Below are positions 20,354 to 30,036 of a stretch of DNA of 64,000 bases, in pieces; position 1 is the first letter of the stretch; the number at the start of each line of letters is the position of its first letter. A program made the translations under genes and the position numbers. Location: positions 672,001 to 736,000 of the forward strand of contig OY729426.1 in NCBI GenBank assembly GCA_963422365.1, in the 5' to 3' direction. This DNA comes from Nitrospirales bacterium (GTDB taxonomy: Bacteria; Nitrospirota; Nitrospiria; Nitrospirales; UBA8639). Under the pieces are notes generated by a model. That model searched no databases. It was not told the origin of the DNA and saw only the letters and a program-made list of their open reading frames with translations.

Positions 20354-20950
20354 TCAGGATTCACCGTGTTGGCGAGCGTGAGACCGACGGGTCACAGAAA
20401 TGTGGTATTCCACCATTTTCTTTCGCAGGGTATTGCGATTCAGGCCGAGCAGTTGGGCGGCTTGAATCTGATTCCCATTCGTTTTACGAAGCACGTGTTG
20501 GATCAATGGCCGTTCCACCGCTTGGATGAGGGTCGCATGCAAATTCCTGTCTCCACTTGCCTTCGTGGCCCGCACAACAAACTCACCGAACGGCGACTCG
20601 ACATAGTCTTCGGGAGTCAACGTTCGGCATTCTTGAACCCCGCGACTGACTTCTCTCCCATGACCCTTGCTGAGGAGCCATTTCATGCTGTCCACCGCTT
20701 CAGGAACGGAAGGGGCCCCTGCGATGATCAACGTCTTTGACCCGTCAATGATGTCCGGCAAATCCCTGAGTCCTTCCCCCGATGTCTTTTTAGAAAGCAC
20801 CAACCCATCGATTGGGGTCTTTTGAGCCTCTTGTTTAACCTGCTCAAAATTTTCCACCAGCACCACGCGACTATCCGCCTCATCCTGTAGAGGCTGCGCA
20901 GACTCCTCTGCTAGGTCGCCCACGACGACGATATGACTCACTTGCGACAC
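20354..20950 (-). CDS. Fis-type HTH (HTH_8) regulator
   Basis: C-terminal VERPLIQHVLRKTNGNQIQAAQLLGLNRNTLRKK; degenerate receiver-like N-terminus. Confidence 0.75.
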   Translation of the reverse strand: MSQVSHIVVVGDLAEESAQPLQDEADSRVVLVENFEQVKQEAQKTPIDGLVLSKKTSGEGLRDLPDIIDGSKTLIIAGAPSVPEAVDSMKWLLSKGHGREVSRGVQECRTLTPEDYVESPFGEFVVRATKASGDRNLHATLIQAVERPLIQHVLRKTNGNQIQAAQLLGLNRNTLRKKMVEYHISVTRRSHARQHGES

Positions 20951-20999
20951 GGTGGTTGTTCCTTACCCATCGCGAAGAAGATTCGTGCCGGCTTATCTT

Positions 21000-22481
21000 T
21001 CATGCTAACCCCAGCAGCGGACAAAGAAAGCGCAGCGTCAGCCACACGAGTCCGGCCCCCAGGATATCCAACAGCAACCCGGCTTTGAGCATTTTGGGCA
21101 GCGGGACCAAGCCGGTGCTATACACAATAGCATTCGGTGGTGTCGAGACCGGCAAGATAAACGCGAGGCTTGCGGCTAAACAGACTCCAAGGGTCGGTGG
21201 AATCGGGGAGATTTCAGCCACGGTTGAAATGGAAATCACCACGGGAACGAGCATACTCGCCGAAGCGGTATTTGATGCAATCTCCGTGATCACCAATGCC
21301 GCGCCTATCGCGACGGCCGTCAAGGTCCACAACGTATTGCTCCCGAAGAAAGCAACCAAACATTCTCCGATGATCGTAGCCAGATTGGTTTGCACCATCA
21401 AATGTCCAAACGTCAATCCTCCGCCAAACAATAGTATCGTCCCCCAGTTGATGCTCGCCACTTGGGTCCAATTCAATGTAAATTCCCCGGCTTTGCAATT
21501 GACGGGCAACACAAAGAGCAGCCCCGCCGCGAAAATCGGAACCATCTCCTTGGGAAGACGGGTGTTGATGAAGGTCACCAGATCGGAATCCCGTCCTAAC
21601 ACAATCCCCAACATCCCCGGCCCGACCCAACACCCGATGGCCAAGACTAGCGCGAAACAGGTATTCATCTGGCCTTGTGACCAAGCGCCCTGCTGTCGGC
21701 GAAGCGTGTGAAGATGAGCATCTAGAGCCGGAAACGTCCTTGGGGGTGGGTATAGCCAAAAAAGCACTACGACAATGCACAACCCGAGCACGACTGCGAG
21801 CGGCAGCCCGATGGCCACCCAATCAAAAAACGCCAGGGAAATGCCTGCTTGTTGAGAAAGCAACCCCACGCCAATGATATTAGGCGGCGTGCCGATCATC
21901 GTGGCAATCCCGCCTGCCGCAGAGCCATAGGCTAATAACAGAAGGACCCCAGGCTCATGAGGCCCGGTCTCTTCGTAAGACCTGCGGATCGTTGAGAGCA
22001 GGCCAAGTGCAATAGGGACCATAATGGCCACAGCCGCCGTGTTACTAATCCACATGGACAGGACAGCCGTCGCAAACCCCATGACCCCGAAAATCGCAAC
22101 AGGGCTGGTCGTGAGCCTTTTTCGTGACAACAGCCATACGGCAAACCGTCGGTCCAGCCCGTGAACCACAAAGGCTTCGGCCAAAAAGAAGCTGCCGATA
22201 AAGAGAAAGATGATCGGATGGGCAAATGTGGCTAGGACTTCCTTTGCCGACCCTAACCCCGTGGCAATACACAACGCCGCGCCGAGTAGTGAGGTCACGG
22301 CGAGAGGAAGGGCCTCCGTGGCCCAATTCACCACGACCCACACCAGAACGGCTGAGAGGATATGAGCCGAGGGAGGCAGACTGGAAAACGGGTTGAGATA
22401 CACCAAGAGCGCCAGCACGGGTGCCGTATACAGGCCGACTCGTTGCCTCATCCCCCAAACATGCCGGTTCGCGGTTGTCAT
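21000..22481 (-). CDS. SLC13/DASS sodium-coupled anion symporter
   Basis: Many transmembrane segments; WATEALPL, LSMWISNTAA, IGTPPN, TEIASNTA, LPVSTPPNA. Start approximate. Confidence 0.9.
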   Translation of the reverse strand: MTTANRHVWGMRQRVGLYTAPVLALLVYLNPFSSLPPSAHILSAVLVWVVVNWATEALPLAVTSLLGAALCIATGLGSAKEVLATFAHPIIFLFIGSFFLAEAFVVHGLDRRFAVWLLSRKRLTTSPVAIFGVMGFATAVLSMWISNTAAVAIMVPIALGLLSTIRRSYEETGPHEPGVLLLLAYGSAAGGIATMIGTPPNIIGVGLLSQQAGISLAFFDWVAIGLPLAVVLGLCIVVVLFWLYPPPRTFPALDAHLHTLRRQQGAWSQGQMNTCFALVLAIGCWVGPGMLGIVLGRDSDLVTFINTRLPKEMVPIFAAGLLFVLPVNCKAGEFTLNWTQVASINWGTILLFGGGLTFGHLMVQTNLATIIGECLVAFFGSNTLWTLTAVAIGAALVITEIASNTASASMLVPVVISISTVAEISPIPPTLGVCLAASLAFILPVSTPPNAIVYSTGLVPLPKMLKAGLLLDILGAGLVWLTLRFLCPLLGLA

Positions 22482-22772
22482 GCTGCTGCAACTCCGCGGC
22501 CGTGTTTCAGGATGAGCCTGGGACGGGGTTGATGATTGCTTCAACGGGACCTCGTGCGACAGAAGCCTTGACTGACGGCAGTGACTGAAGGGCACTGTAC
22601 CATAGCAAGTTGAGGAAAAACCATTTTGGCACCCCGCGGCACCTCATGCGAAGACCAAGCAGTCGTACACGGCACGCTGCCTGAACTGCGAAGGCAGAGG
22701 TAGGAATCCAGAGGGATGCTTCAATGAGGCCACGGCAATAATGGCTCGGAATCACAAAGCCAACTGCAACCA

Positions 22773-23159
22773 TTACCCAGCCATGGAAAAGGGCAATCGG
22801 GCAGGCACGGGAGACACGCCTGAAGCCGGTGTAGCGTATCCCCTGGATATGTTAGGCAAGGGGCTTGACTCCACGGCAAGCTTCAGCCCGACGCTTTCCA
22901 ACACAGCCTCAAGGGTGGAAAAGCGAGGATTGCCCTTTCGGGACAGCGTTCGGTACAAGCTCTCACGGCTCAGTTGCGTATCATGAGCGAGCTGTCTCAT
23001 GCCTCGGGCCTTTGCGACATCGCGTAGGGCCAATAGGAAGATAACTGCCCCCTGTTCGGATGCGTCCTCCAGGGCAGCGTTCAAATAAGCCGCTGCTTCT
23101 TCGGGATCTTGGAGATCGCGACAGAGGATGTCTTCATACGGAACGGTTCGCCTTACCAT
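22773..23159 (-). CDS. putative addiction module antidote (XRE-HTH antitoxin)
   Basis: AAAYLNAALE...FLLALRDVAKARGMRQLA..TQLSRESLYRTLS..GNPRFSTL. Confidence 0.85.
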   Translation of the reverse strand: MVRRTVPYEDILCRDLQDPEEAAAYLNAALEDASEQGAVIFLLALRDVAKARGMRQLAHDTQLSRESLYRTLSRKGNPRFSTLEAVLESVGLKLAVESSPLPNISRGYATPASGVSPVPARLPFSMAG

Positions 23160-23493
23160 ATGCTTATCTCCCAATGTAATCAGCCAATACTCTTGAGTTT
23201 TTTGATATCTGCCGCCTGGGTCAGTTTCGTTCCTCCGCACAAAAGGAGGATTAAACGGGATCCGTCTTGTCCGACAGACACTCGGTAGCCCTGACCGATA
23301 TCAATGCGTAGCTCTAACACCCCGCGGCTAACGGATTTGTGATCTCCCATGTTGCCAGGCGGAGCCGTGCTATCCTGACGCGGATGCTGTTTCGTGCCTT
23401 CTGGTCCGTCAGCTTGCGCAGCCAATCCGCAAATAGAGTGCGACCATCGGCTGCCATGTACACTACGACCTATCGATGTCGTACATGGGGCAT
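23160..23493 (-). pseudogene. RelE/ParE-type addiction module killer, disrupted
   Basis: DGRTLFADWLRKLTD..ARNSIRVRIARL / GNMGDHKSV..GVLELRIDIGQGYRV..LILLLCGG.K..Q..DI is split across frames, with an early in-frame stop. Confidence 0.85.
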
Positions 23494-23546
23494 ATTCATA
23501 TTATATAGTAGCGTATGGGCTATTTTTCAACGCTTGGGCAGCTAAG

Positions 23547-23595
23547 GCGTGTTCACACTAAACTCGTAATGGGATGTGTCAATTGGTGCTCAAAC
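23547..23595 (+). repeat. ~50-bp dispersed repeat, possible IS/MITE end
   Basis: gcgtgttcacactaaactcgtaatgggatgtgtcaattggtgctcaaac closely matches 57695-57741. Confidence 0.6.
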
Positions 23596-23666
23596 TCTTG
23601 TTTTCCTGAAAAAGCACTGACAGAATATCTGAAAATCGCAATTAATAGAACACGTTTTCCGTAAAT

Positions 23667-24158
23667 TCAATAATTGATATTATCAACACGCTCTTCTAAG
23701 AAAAGCGCAGTCGGTCGGCGTAAGCGAACAAACGGCGGCGGATTTCTGGACAGGGCAGACGGCAGTGTGGACGCTCCGACATAGCGGTCAAACCATCGTA
23801 CAATTCCTGAGGCTCGTCACATTAGCGTTGCACGTCTCGTCAAGAAGCCACAGTGCGCTGTCGCCGCTCAGTAAAATCCAGGACCGGGTTTGCGCGAGCT
23901 TGAGAGCGAAACAATCGGGCAGGGAAAGGGCTGGCGCTTGCCGCCGGCAGGCAAGGGCGTGATTTACACCGTCGCCGTCCAACTCCTCAACGGAGAGGCC
24001 AAGCCGGATCAGTTCGTCGCCACCGTAACCCTTCAACTCTCTTTCGTAGAGCAGGTCGGGACGGCGAACCGGAACAGCAGGTGGAAACTGGCTCTCAGAA
24101 GGGACCCGCGTTCGAGATCAACAAGAACGAAGGTATCGGAGACCAGTACCTGCTGCAT
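23667..24158 (-). pseudogene. PIN-domain nuclease/toxin, disrupted
   Basis: MQQVLVSDTFVLVDLERG..FAVP, frameshift near 24058, DLLYERE...LSLPDCFALKLA....ILLSGD, then a second shift into HCRLPCPEIRRRL. Confidence 0.8.
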
Positions 24159-24163
24159 AGGAC

Positions 24164-25249
24164 TCAGTCCCCGGCCGCCTTGTGTTCAACAATCGGCGGC
24201 TCCTCCATCCGCCGGTTCAGATCCTGCACCGACAGGCTGAGCAACTCCGCCGCCTTGGATTCGGAAATGGCTCCCTCGGCAAGAGCACGGAACGTGAGTC
24301 GCTCGAAACGCTTCGGCTCCTCGCCTTTTCTGGCGTGCGGCTCCTCATATGGCGGGCTGCGCCACCCGAAACGGTCGAAGTCGTTGAACAGCCGTCGGAA
24401 CGCAGCCTCGCTGAAAATGCCGAGGTCTTTGCAGCGATACGTGATCGCCTGAACGCTCGCGCCAAAGAGTCGTTTCAACTCGAAAAGTTCTCCCCAACCG
24501 ATCGCCGTGCGGTGTTTCCCGATCTCTGCCCAAAGGACGTCAGCGGGCATAAGGAAGGCGCCAGCAAATCGGTGCGCAGCCTTCTCCTCGTTCACCTTGG
24601 CAGTCACGTCCATGACCAGATGCCCAAGCTCATGGGCCAGCGTGAAGCGCTGACGCTCCCCCCATTCCTTGCGGTTCACCACAATGACGGGCAAGGCGCC
24701 TTTCCCGATACGGCGGACGCGCGCCGTCAGACCGTCGATATTCGTCAGATCGACGGCAAGAACCTTGATCCCCTGCTCTTCCAGCAACTCGACGAGGTTC
24801 GGGATTGGGTCGTTGCCAAGACCCCAATGATCCCGCAGGCTTCGGGCGGCGCGGTCGGCCTCCGAAACGTCACGCATGACGGGGTAGGGAGCCTCACGAG
24901 GACTGTGCCACTCGACACTCGGAAGGTTGAGCAACTCCTCGACCAGAAGATAACGCTCCAGAAAGTGCAGGACCGTGGCTTCGACCTGCGATTCCTCTCG
25001 TTTGCTCGTCCTCCTCTTTTTCCTGAAATCCACCGCTTCGAGGACCATTTCCTGGTCGCCGACCAGATAGTCCACCGAGACGTCAAGAGCGTCGGCGAGC
25101 GCGATCAAGACACCCGAGCCGGGCATCGATTCGTCGCGCTCGTACTTTCCGATTGCCTGCGCCGTGACGCGGCTTCCAATTCTCTCCTCTAATCCTCTGA
25201 GAGACAGACCAGCTGCAGAACGTGCCAGCTTCAATCTTTGTCCTATCAT
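24164..25249 (-). CDS. XRE-HTH + ImmA/IrrE (COG2856) zinc metallopeptidase fusion
   Basis: N-terminal HTH (IGQRLKLARSAAGLSLRGLE..AIGKYE), RQRFTLAHELGH (HExxH), EEKAAHRFAGAFLMP. Confidence 0.92.
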   Translation of the reverse strand: MIGQRLKLARSAAGLSLRGLEERIGSRVTAQAIGKYERDESMPGSGVLIALADALDVSVDYLVGDQEMVLEAVDFRKKRRTSKREESQVEATVLHFLERYLLVEELLNLPSVEWHSPREAPYPVMRDVSEADRAARSLRDHWGLGNDPIPNLVELLEEQGIKVLAVDLTNIDGLTARVRRIGKGALPVIVVNRKEWGERQRFTLAHELGHLVMDVTAKVNEEKAAHRFAGAFLMPADVLWAEIGKHRTAIGWGELFELKRLFGASVQAITYRCKDLGIFSEAAFRRLFNDFDRFGWRSPPYEEPHARKGEEPKRFERLTFRALAEGAISESKAAELLSLSVQDLNRRMEEPPIVEHKAAGD

Positions 25250-25272
25250 GGGTTCATCCTCTGTATTGGCAG

Positions 25273-25307
25273 TTTACAAAAATACATGATATATGTAATT
25301 TTGTAAA
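25273..25307. promoter_or_regulatory. inverted-repeat operator in a divergent promoter
   Basis: TTTACAAAAATACAT-gatat-ATGTAATTTTGTAAA: 15-bp arms with one mismatch, in the 79-bp gap between the XRE gene and the CD-NTase gene. Confidence 0.7.
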
Positions 25308-25328
25308 GTTTAAATCAGGAGGCATCAG

Positions 25329-26588
25329 ATGACGACGAAGACAAACTCATTGCGACCACTCCTCACCGATCTGGCGGATATCCTGCTAGCCGAAGTGGCC
25401 ATCCGCATTCAACTCAGTCGGACGGACTACAACAAGGCTGTATCCCGTTATCAGACGATCAACGATTGGATCAAGCGTGACGAGAGCCCATTGAAGGATC
25501 GTGTCGAGTTATTCTACCCGCAAGGGTCAATGGCGATCGGTGCCACCATAGCCTCAAAGCTGAGAACCGACGAGTTCGACATCGATGTAGTCGCTCAGCT
25601 TGATTTGCCAGTTAATGTATCACCACGGGAAGCCCTCGACTTGCTGTCCAGAGCGATCCTTGGAGAGCCAGGCTCCAGATATTCCCGGAGGGTAGAACGC
25701 AGAACACGGTGCGTCACAGTCCATTACAATGACGACATGCACCTCGACGTCACACCTGTCCTGCGCATGGTAGGAACTCCGGAACGTCAGAGTCGGATAT
25801 TCCACCACCGGGCGGAAGCGCCGCAGGAGCCGAGCCGCCGACTCATAGCGAACCCTTATGGATTCGCTGAATGGTTCAAGATCAACACGCCGCGGGACGA
25901 TGACTTCGCCGACATCTTCGAGAAACGGGCCGAGGAATATGACCGATTGCGCATACAGGCAGAGGCGGACAGCGAGCCCGTTCCTCCACAGGAACCGCCG
26001 TTCCGGAAGTCGAAGGCCGTCATCGTGCTGCAACTCCTGAAGCGTTGGCGTAATGTGCAGGACGACTCCCGGTCGGGTCGGCGACCGCCGTCGATCATGA
26101 TCGCGAAGCTCGTGGCCGGTGCGGCCAACCATACGGAGCGCCTGTCGGAGGAGTTGTTGCTCCAGACGCAGCATATACTGTCCGTCTTCCGCCAGCACCA
26201 CGACCGAGGCCGACTCGTTCATATTGTCAATCCGGTATGCGAACGTGATGTGCTGACCGATCGCTGGCCGGGATCGCTACAGAATCAAGCGCTATTCATC
26301 GACGATCTTGAAGACCTAGTAGGCAAGGTCGAGCAGTTGGTTAAAGGACGCGATCTGGAAGTGATGCAGAAAATCATGGTGAGCCTGTTCGGCGAAACGC
26401 CTGTAAAGGAGGTTGTCCGAGCATTCAACAAACGGACTGGAAATGAGATTGGTGGCGGGCGTAGCTGGTACGACCCACAAAAGGGAGGTTTGATTATTCC
26501 AGCATCGGTGGCGAGTGTAATGGTCCCGTCTGGCATTCGGGTAACGCCTCGACATAGCTTCTATGGGACCGAACAGAGGAAACCGTGA
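25329..26588 (+). CDS. CBASS cyclic oligonucleotide cyclase (CD-NTase, SMODS)
   Basis: PQGSMAIGATI....DEFDIDVV, RCVTVHY...HLDVTP, ANPYGFAEWF, QLLKRWRN, C-terminal HSFYG followed by TEQRKP. Confidence 0.92.
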   Translation: MTTKTNSLRPLLTDLADILLAEVAIRIQLSRTDYNKAVSRYQTINDWIKRDESPLKDRVELFYPQGSMAIGATIASKLRTDEFDIDVVAQLDLPVNVSPREALDLLSRAILGEPGSRYSRRVERRTRCVTVHYNDDMHLDVTPVLRMVGTPERQSRIFHHRAEAPQEPSRRLIANPYGFAEWFKINTPRDDDFADIFEKRAEEYDRLRIQAEADSEPVPPQEPPFRKSKAVIVLQLLKRWRNVQDDSRSGRRPPSIMIAKLVAGAANHTERLSEELLLQTQHILSVFRQHHDRGRLVHIVNPVCERDVLTDRWPGSLQNQALFIDDLEDLVGKVEQLVKGRDLEVMQKIMVSLFGETPVKEVVRAFNKRTGNEIGGGRSWYDPQKGGLIIPASVASVMVPSGIRVTPRHSFYGTEQRKP

Positions 26589-27022
26589 TCTTATCGACAT
26601 GGAAGCAAGTCGAACTGATGCGGAGGGAGTGGCCGATGTTTAAGGTTCTCCGCCGCACTCGTTGGCATGCACTTTGGGAGGGGTCGCTTCGGCCTCTAAG
26701 CCAGCCCTACACGGTCCAAGTGTTGTTGCAGCGCGATCAAAATCGCAAAAAAGCTGATCTTCCACGGATTCCGCTAGTGACTGTAATTGATCCTCTGCTC
26801 CGCCGACGATCAGCAGATACACGTGCATCTATTCCTCATCACTATCCGAACCCGAATCATCCCGAATTGCCTATTCTTTGCCTTTACGATCCGGCTGCCA
26901 AAGAATGGCATCCCCGCCTTGCGGTCGCCCGAACCATCGTCCCCTGGACGATCAATTGGCTTGCTTGCTACGAGGGTTGGCTTGCAACGGGCGAGTGGAC
27001 CGGCGGCGGACGGCACGGATGA
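26585..27022 (+). CDS. prokaryotic E2 (ubiquitin-conjugating-like) CBASS accessory protein
   Basis: WEGSLRP, IPHHYP...ILCLYDP...EW.P...TIVPW...WLACYEGWLATGEWTGGG; overlaps the cyclase stop. Confidence 0.8.
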   Translation: MILSTWKQVELMRREWPMFKVLRRTRWHALWEGSLRPLSQPYTVQVLLQRDQNRKKADLPRIPLVTVIDPLLRRRSADTRASIPHHYPNPNHPELPILCLYDPAAKEWHPRLAVARTIVPWTINWLACYEGWLATGEWTGGGRHG

Positions 27023-28087
27023 CTCGTCAAGTAGTCCCTTCGATGCCCAGCGATAGCGGGGATCATTCACCGAAACGATCATCCAGAGCGCTCAAGTGCC
27101 GTCGAGTTCCTCTTCCTTGGCCGGAAGATAAGAACTTTCGTATCCTCTCTATTGTATCCTCTCTATTGCTGGCGGCGGCATCCGTGGGATATTCCCGACC
27201 GCTTTCCTTGCAGGACTGGAGGACCGCTACCTGGAAGGGTCTTCGGTGGCGCGATACTTTGACCTCACTGCCGGAACCTCGACCGGCGGAATCATTGCCA
27301 TCGGCCTTGCCGCCGGTCTGAAGGCAGCGGACCTGCGCAACCTTTACGTTGATCGCGGATGCGAAATCTTCCCGCCCATCCGAAGCGGGATTGTCGGAAC
27401 GGCGGAGCGTCGCTTGAGAAACGCCTGCCAGTATTTCAAGTTCCGTTACGACCGAAAGGCGCTGATGCGGATTCTGCGTGACACTCTCGGCAACCGAAAA
27501 TTCGGCGAAGCGCAGACGCGGCTGTGTATCCCCTCGTTCGAGGGCCGCTATTGTGAGGTCTACATTTTCAAAACCCCTCATCACCCTGATTTTCAGAAGG
27601 ATGCCAGCGAGCGGATGACAAAGGTCGCTGACGCTACAGCGGCGGCTCCAACCTTTTTCCAACCACTCCAAGACGGTGGCTACACATTTGTTGACGGCGG
27701 AGTCTGGGCGAACAATCCGATCATGATAGCGCTCGTTGATGCCTTGTCCTGTTTTTCCGTGCCTCCCAATCGTGTATGGATTCTGAGCCTTGGGTGTGGA
27801 GATGATCCATACGTCGTGGACCGTCCAAAGATGCAGCACGGCGGCATATGGGCGTGGCGAAATATCTTCGATGCGGCGATGCGGCTACAGTCCCTTAATG
27901 CTCTCGGCCAAGCCGGGCTAACGCCCCAACGAGCGAGGACACTATCCAAATGGACGATTGGACCCGCGCCGTCTCAGAACTGCCCGGCGCGGCGGAATCA
28001 GCGCTCGACAAATTAGGAGAGAACGTGTCTAAGGCATTCCTTTCGGAACCTGCAAACCGATACGAGCCAATCGTTAGAGAGTCTTAG
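27019..28087 (+). pseudogene. CBASS patatin-like phospholipase effector (CapV-like), disrupted
   Basis: RILSI / GGGIRG, GTSTGG, AAPTFF, DGGVWANNP. A 14-bp tandem duplication at 27141-27168 and a second frame break near 27920. Confidence 0.88.
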
Positions 28088-28089
28088 GC

Positions 28090-29031
28090 TTAGGCCCACT
28101 TACAGGAGGGTCGGCTCCCATCCGGCTCCAGCACCTCATACAGCAAAGCGTTGAGTAACCATCCCCGCGTTTCCTCACCTGTAGCCAGGCTAGTTTCCAG
28201 ACGGTCGCACAGGCCCATTAGTTCATCGACCTTGTCGACGAAGCGGTCTTGTTCAGCGAGGGGTGGGAGAGGGACAGGAGTATGAAGCAATGTCTGCTGA
28301 TTGATCTTGGGCATAGTCTTTTGAGCGCCAGTCGCATTGATCGAGAAGTAGGTTCGTGCATCAGGAGAAACAACTGCCAGGTAAACATACGGCAGGGAGA
28401 GCCCATTGAGTAAACGGACCTTAGTAATCAGGTCTGGATACAGGAAGACTCCGCTTGCGCCGGAAAAATAAGCCGCAATCCCGACATACTCTCTCGTGTT
28501 ACCTCTCCGAAAAAGCAGAGCACCATCATGCAGCCAGTATTCTGAATCCGCTGGAACGTTAGCTTCGACATGCTTGAAATATGAAGCGTCGAACGTACCA
28601 CTGGTGGTTGCTGTAAGCATAATGGCTTTTGGAGCATCGGTTGAGTTTGTAGCTTTTGGCGAAATACCGTTCTGTGGTCCAAACGAAATGAGCTTTCCGA
28701 GTGGGACCCAACGCCACGAACTTGGAATCAAAGCCAAGTTATCCTGAATCTCCAAGTTGCAAGTGACGGCGGAATGTTTGAGTTTTTTCCCGACGATTAA
28801 GCGCTTTTGCTGGATACTGAATTCTTCTAGCAGGTCATCGACACCACTCTCACTTGATTCCTGCTCGACCAGCTTCCGACGTACCGCAGGGGTAAGGATG
28901 GTCTGACGTAACGCCTTGATCGGGGCGGGGTGGGTGGTGAGTGGTACAAGGTTTTTGAAGGCAAAAGCCGCGTGGTTCTGAAATACCGTCGGGTCGGGAT
29001 CGGGCGCGTGAAGGCGGGCGAGGCTTGTCAC
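28090..29031 (-). pseudogene. hsdS: type I RM specificity subunit S, N-terminally truncated
   Basis: IPSSWRWVPLG, ATGAQKTMPKINQ, VPLPPLAEQDRFVDKVDELMGLCDRLE. Only one TRD remains. Confidence 0.8.
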
Positions 29032-29039
29032 CGTCAGCC

Positions 29040-29746
29040 GGTCGTGCGTCGTTTCCCGCTCTGTCCGTGACGTTGCGGTCAGCTAGGAACAGGATGTGTT
29101 TCTTGTGGTCGGCTTTCCACAGCTGCCAAATGATCTGAAAGGCCGTGCAGGTCTTGCCCGTTCCCGTCGCCATGACGAGCAGGATGCGGTCACGGCCATT
29201 GGCGATCGACTCTATGGCGGCGTTGATAGCATTAGCCTGGTAGTAGCGCGGTGTTTTGCCGCTGCCATCGTCAAAATAATCTTGAAGGACGATTGCCTCC
29301 ACCTCGGATGTCAGGCCCTTCCAAGCGCAATAGCGTGCCCACAGGTCTCCTGGTAACGGAAAGGAATCGTTATCGAGAGTGGTCTCTTTTTCAGCGCCGA
29401 TGCCGGTCCGGTCATGGAATACGAAACCGTCACCGTTGGAGGAGAATACGAAGGGGACATTCAACGTGTCGGCATAATCGAGGGCCTTTTGCATGCCGTC
29501 GCCGATGGCATGAGTCTTATCCTTGGCCTCGATCAGCGCAATGGGATGTGAGGCTTGTCGTACAGAACGTAGTCGGCTCGCTTGGCCTTGCCTCGGCTGA
29601 CCAGCTTGCCGCGCACGATGATGCGCCCCTTGGTGAAGCCGACCTCCTCGCGGATTTGCGCCATCTCGTCCCACCTGGCCTTGCGCAGGGCCCGGGGTGA
29701 TGAACTTGGTACAGATGTCGCGCTCGCTCAGGCTTTTCTTGTTCAT
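29040..29746 (-). pseudogene. hsdR: type I RM restriction subunit R (EcoAI/EcoEI-like), N-terminal remnant
   Basis: MNKKSLSERDICTKFITP, IALIEAKD, FSSNGDGF, PRYYQ..AIN, LLVMATGTGKT, ILFLADRN, then truncated. Internal frameshifts. Confidence 0.88.
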
Positions 29747-29810
29747 GAGCACACCGTCTTCTCTGTTGTGTTCAGCTTGTACAATGCACACCAACGGGAG
29801 CCGAAAGTGT

Positions 29811-29841
29811 CTGGATTCCCGTTAGAAACTGCGGGAATGAC
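29811..29841. repeat. REP-like palindrome, GTCATTCCCG family (reverse orientation)
   Basis: ctggattcccgttagaaactgcgggaatgac at the right edge of the defence island. Confidence 0.75.
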
Positions 29842-30036
29842 CCTTCCAATGACTGCACCAAACATTGAAGGCCCACACCCCCAAACAAATGAACGAACCT
29901 TGTCAACGAATGAGTGAACATATACAAGAATGACCTTGGAAGGACGCGGAGCTGGCAGGGGTGGGGTAGACAAGATCCTGCTAGGATTTCGGGAGGGGAC
30001 GGGGTATCATAGACGGTCTACGCCCAAGACCGTCTG

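Noticed and set aside
24182..25192. 336-aa plus-strand ORF
   Set aside because: Antisense to the well-supported XRE-ImmA gene.
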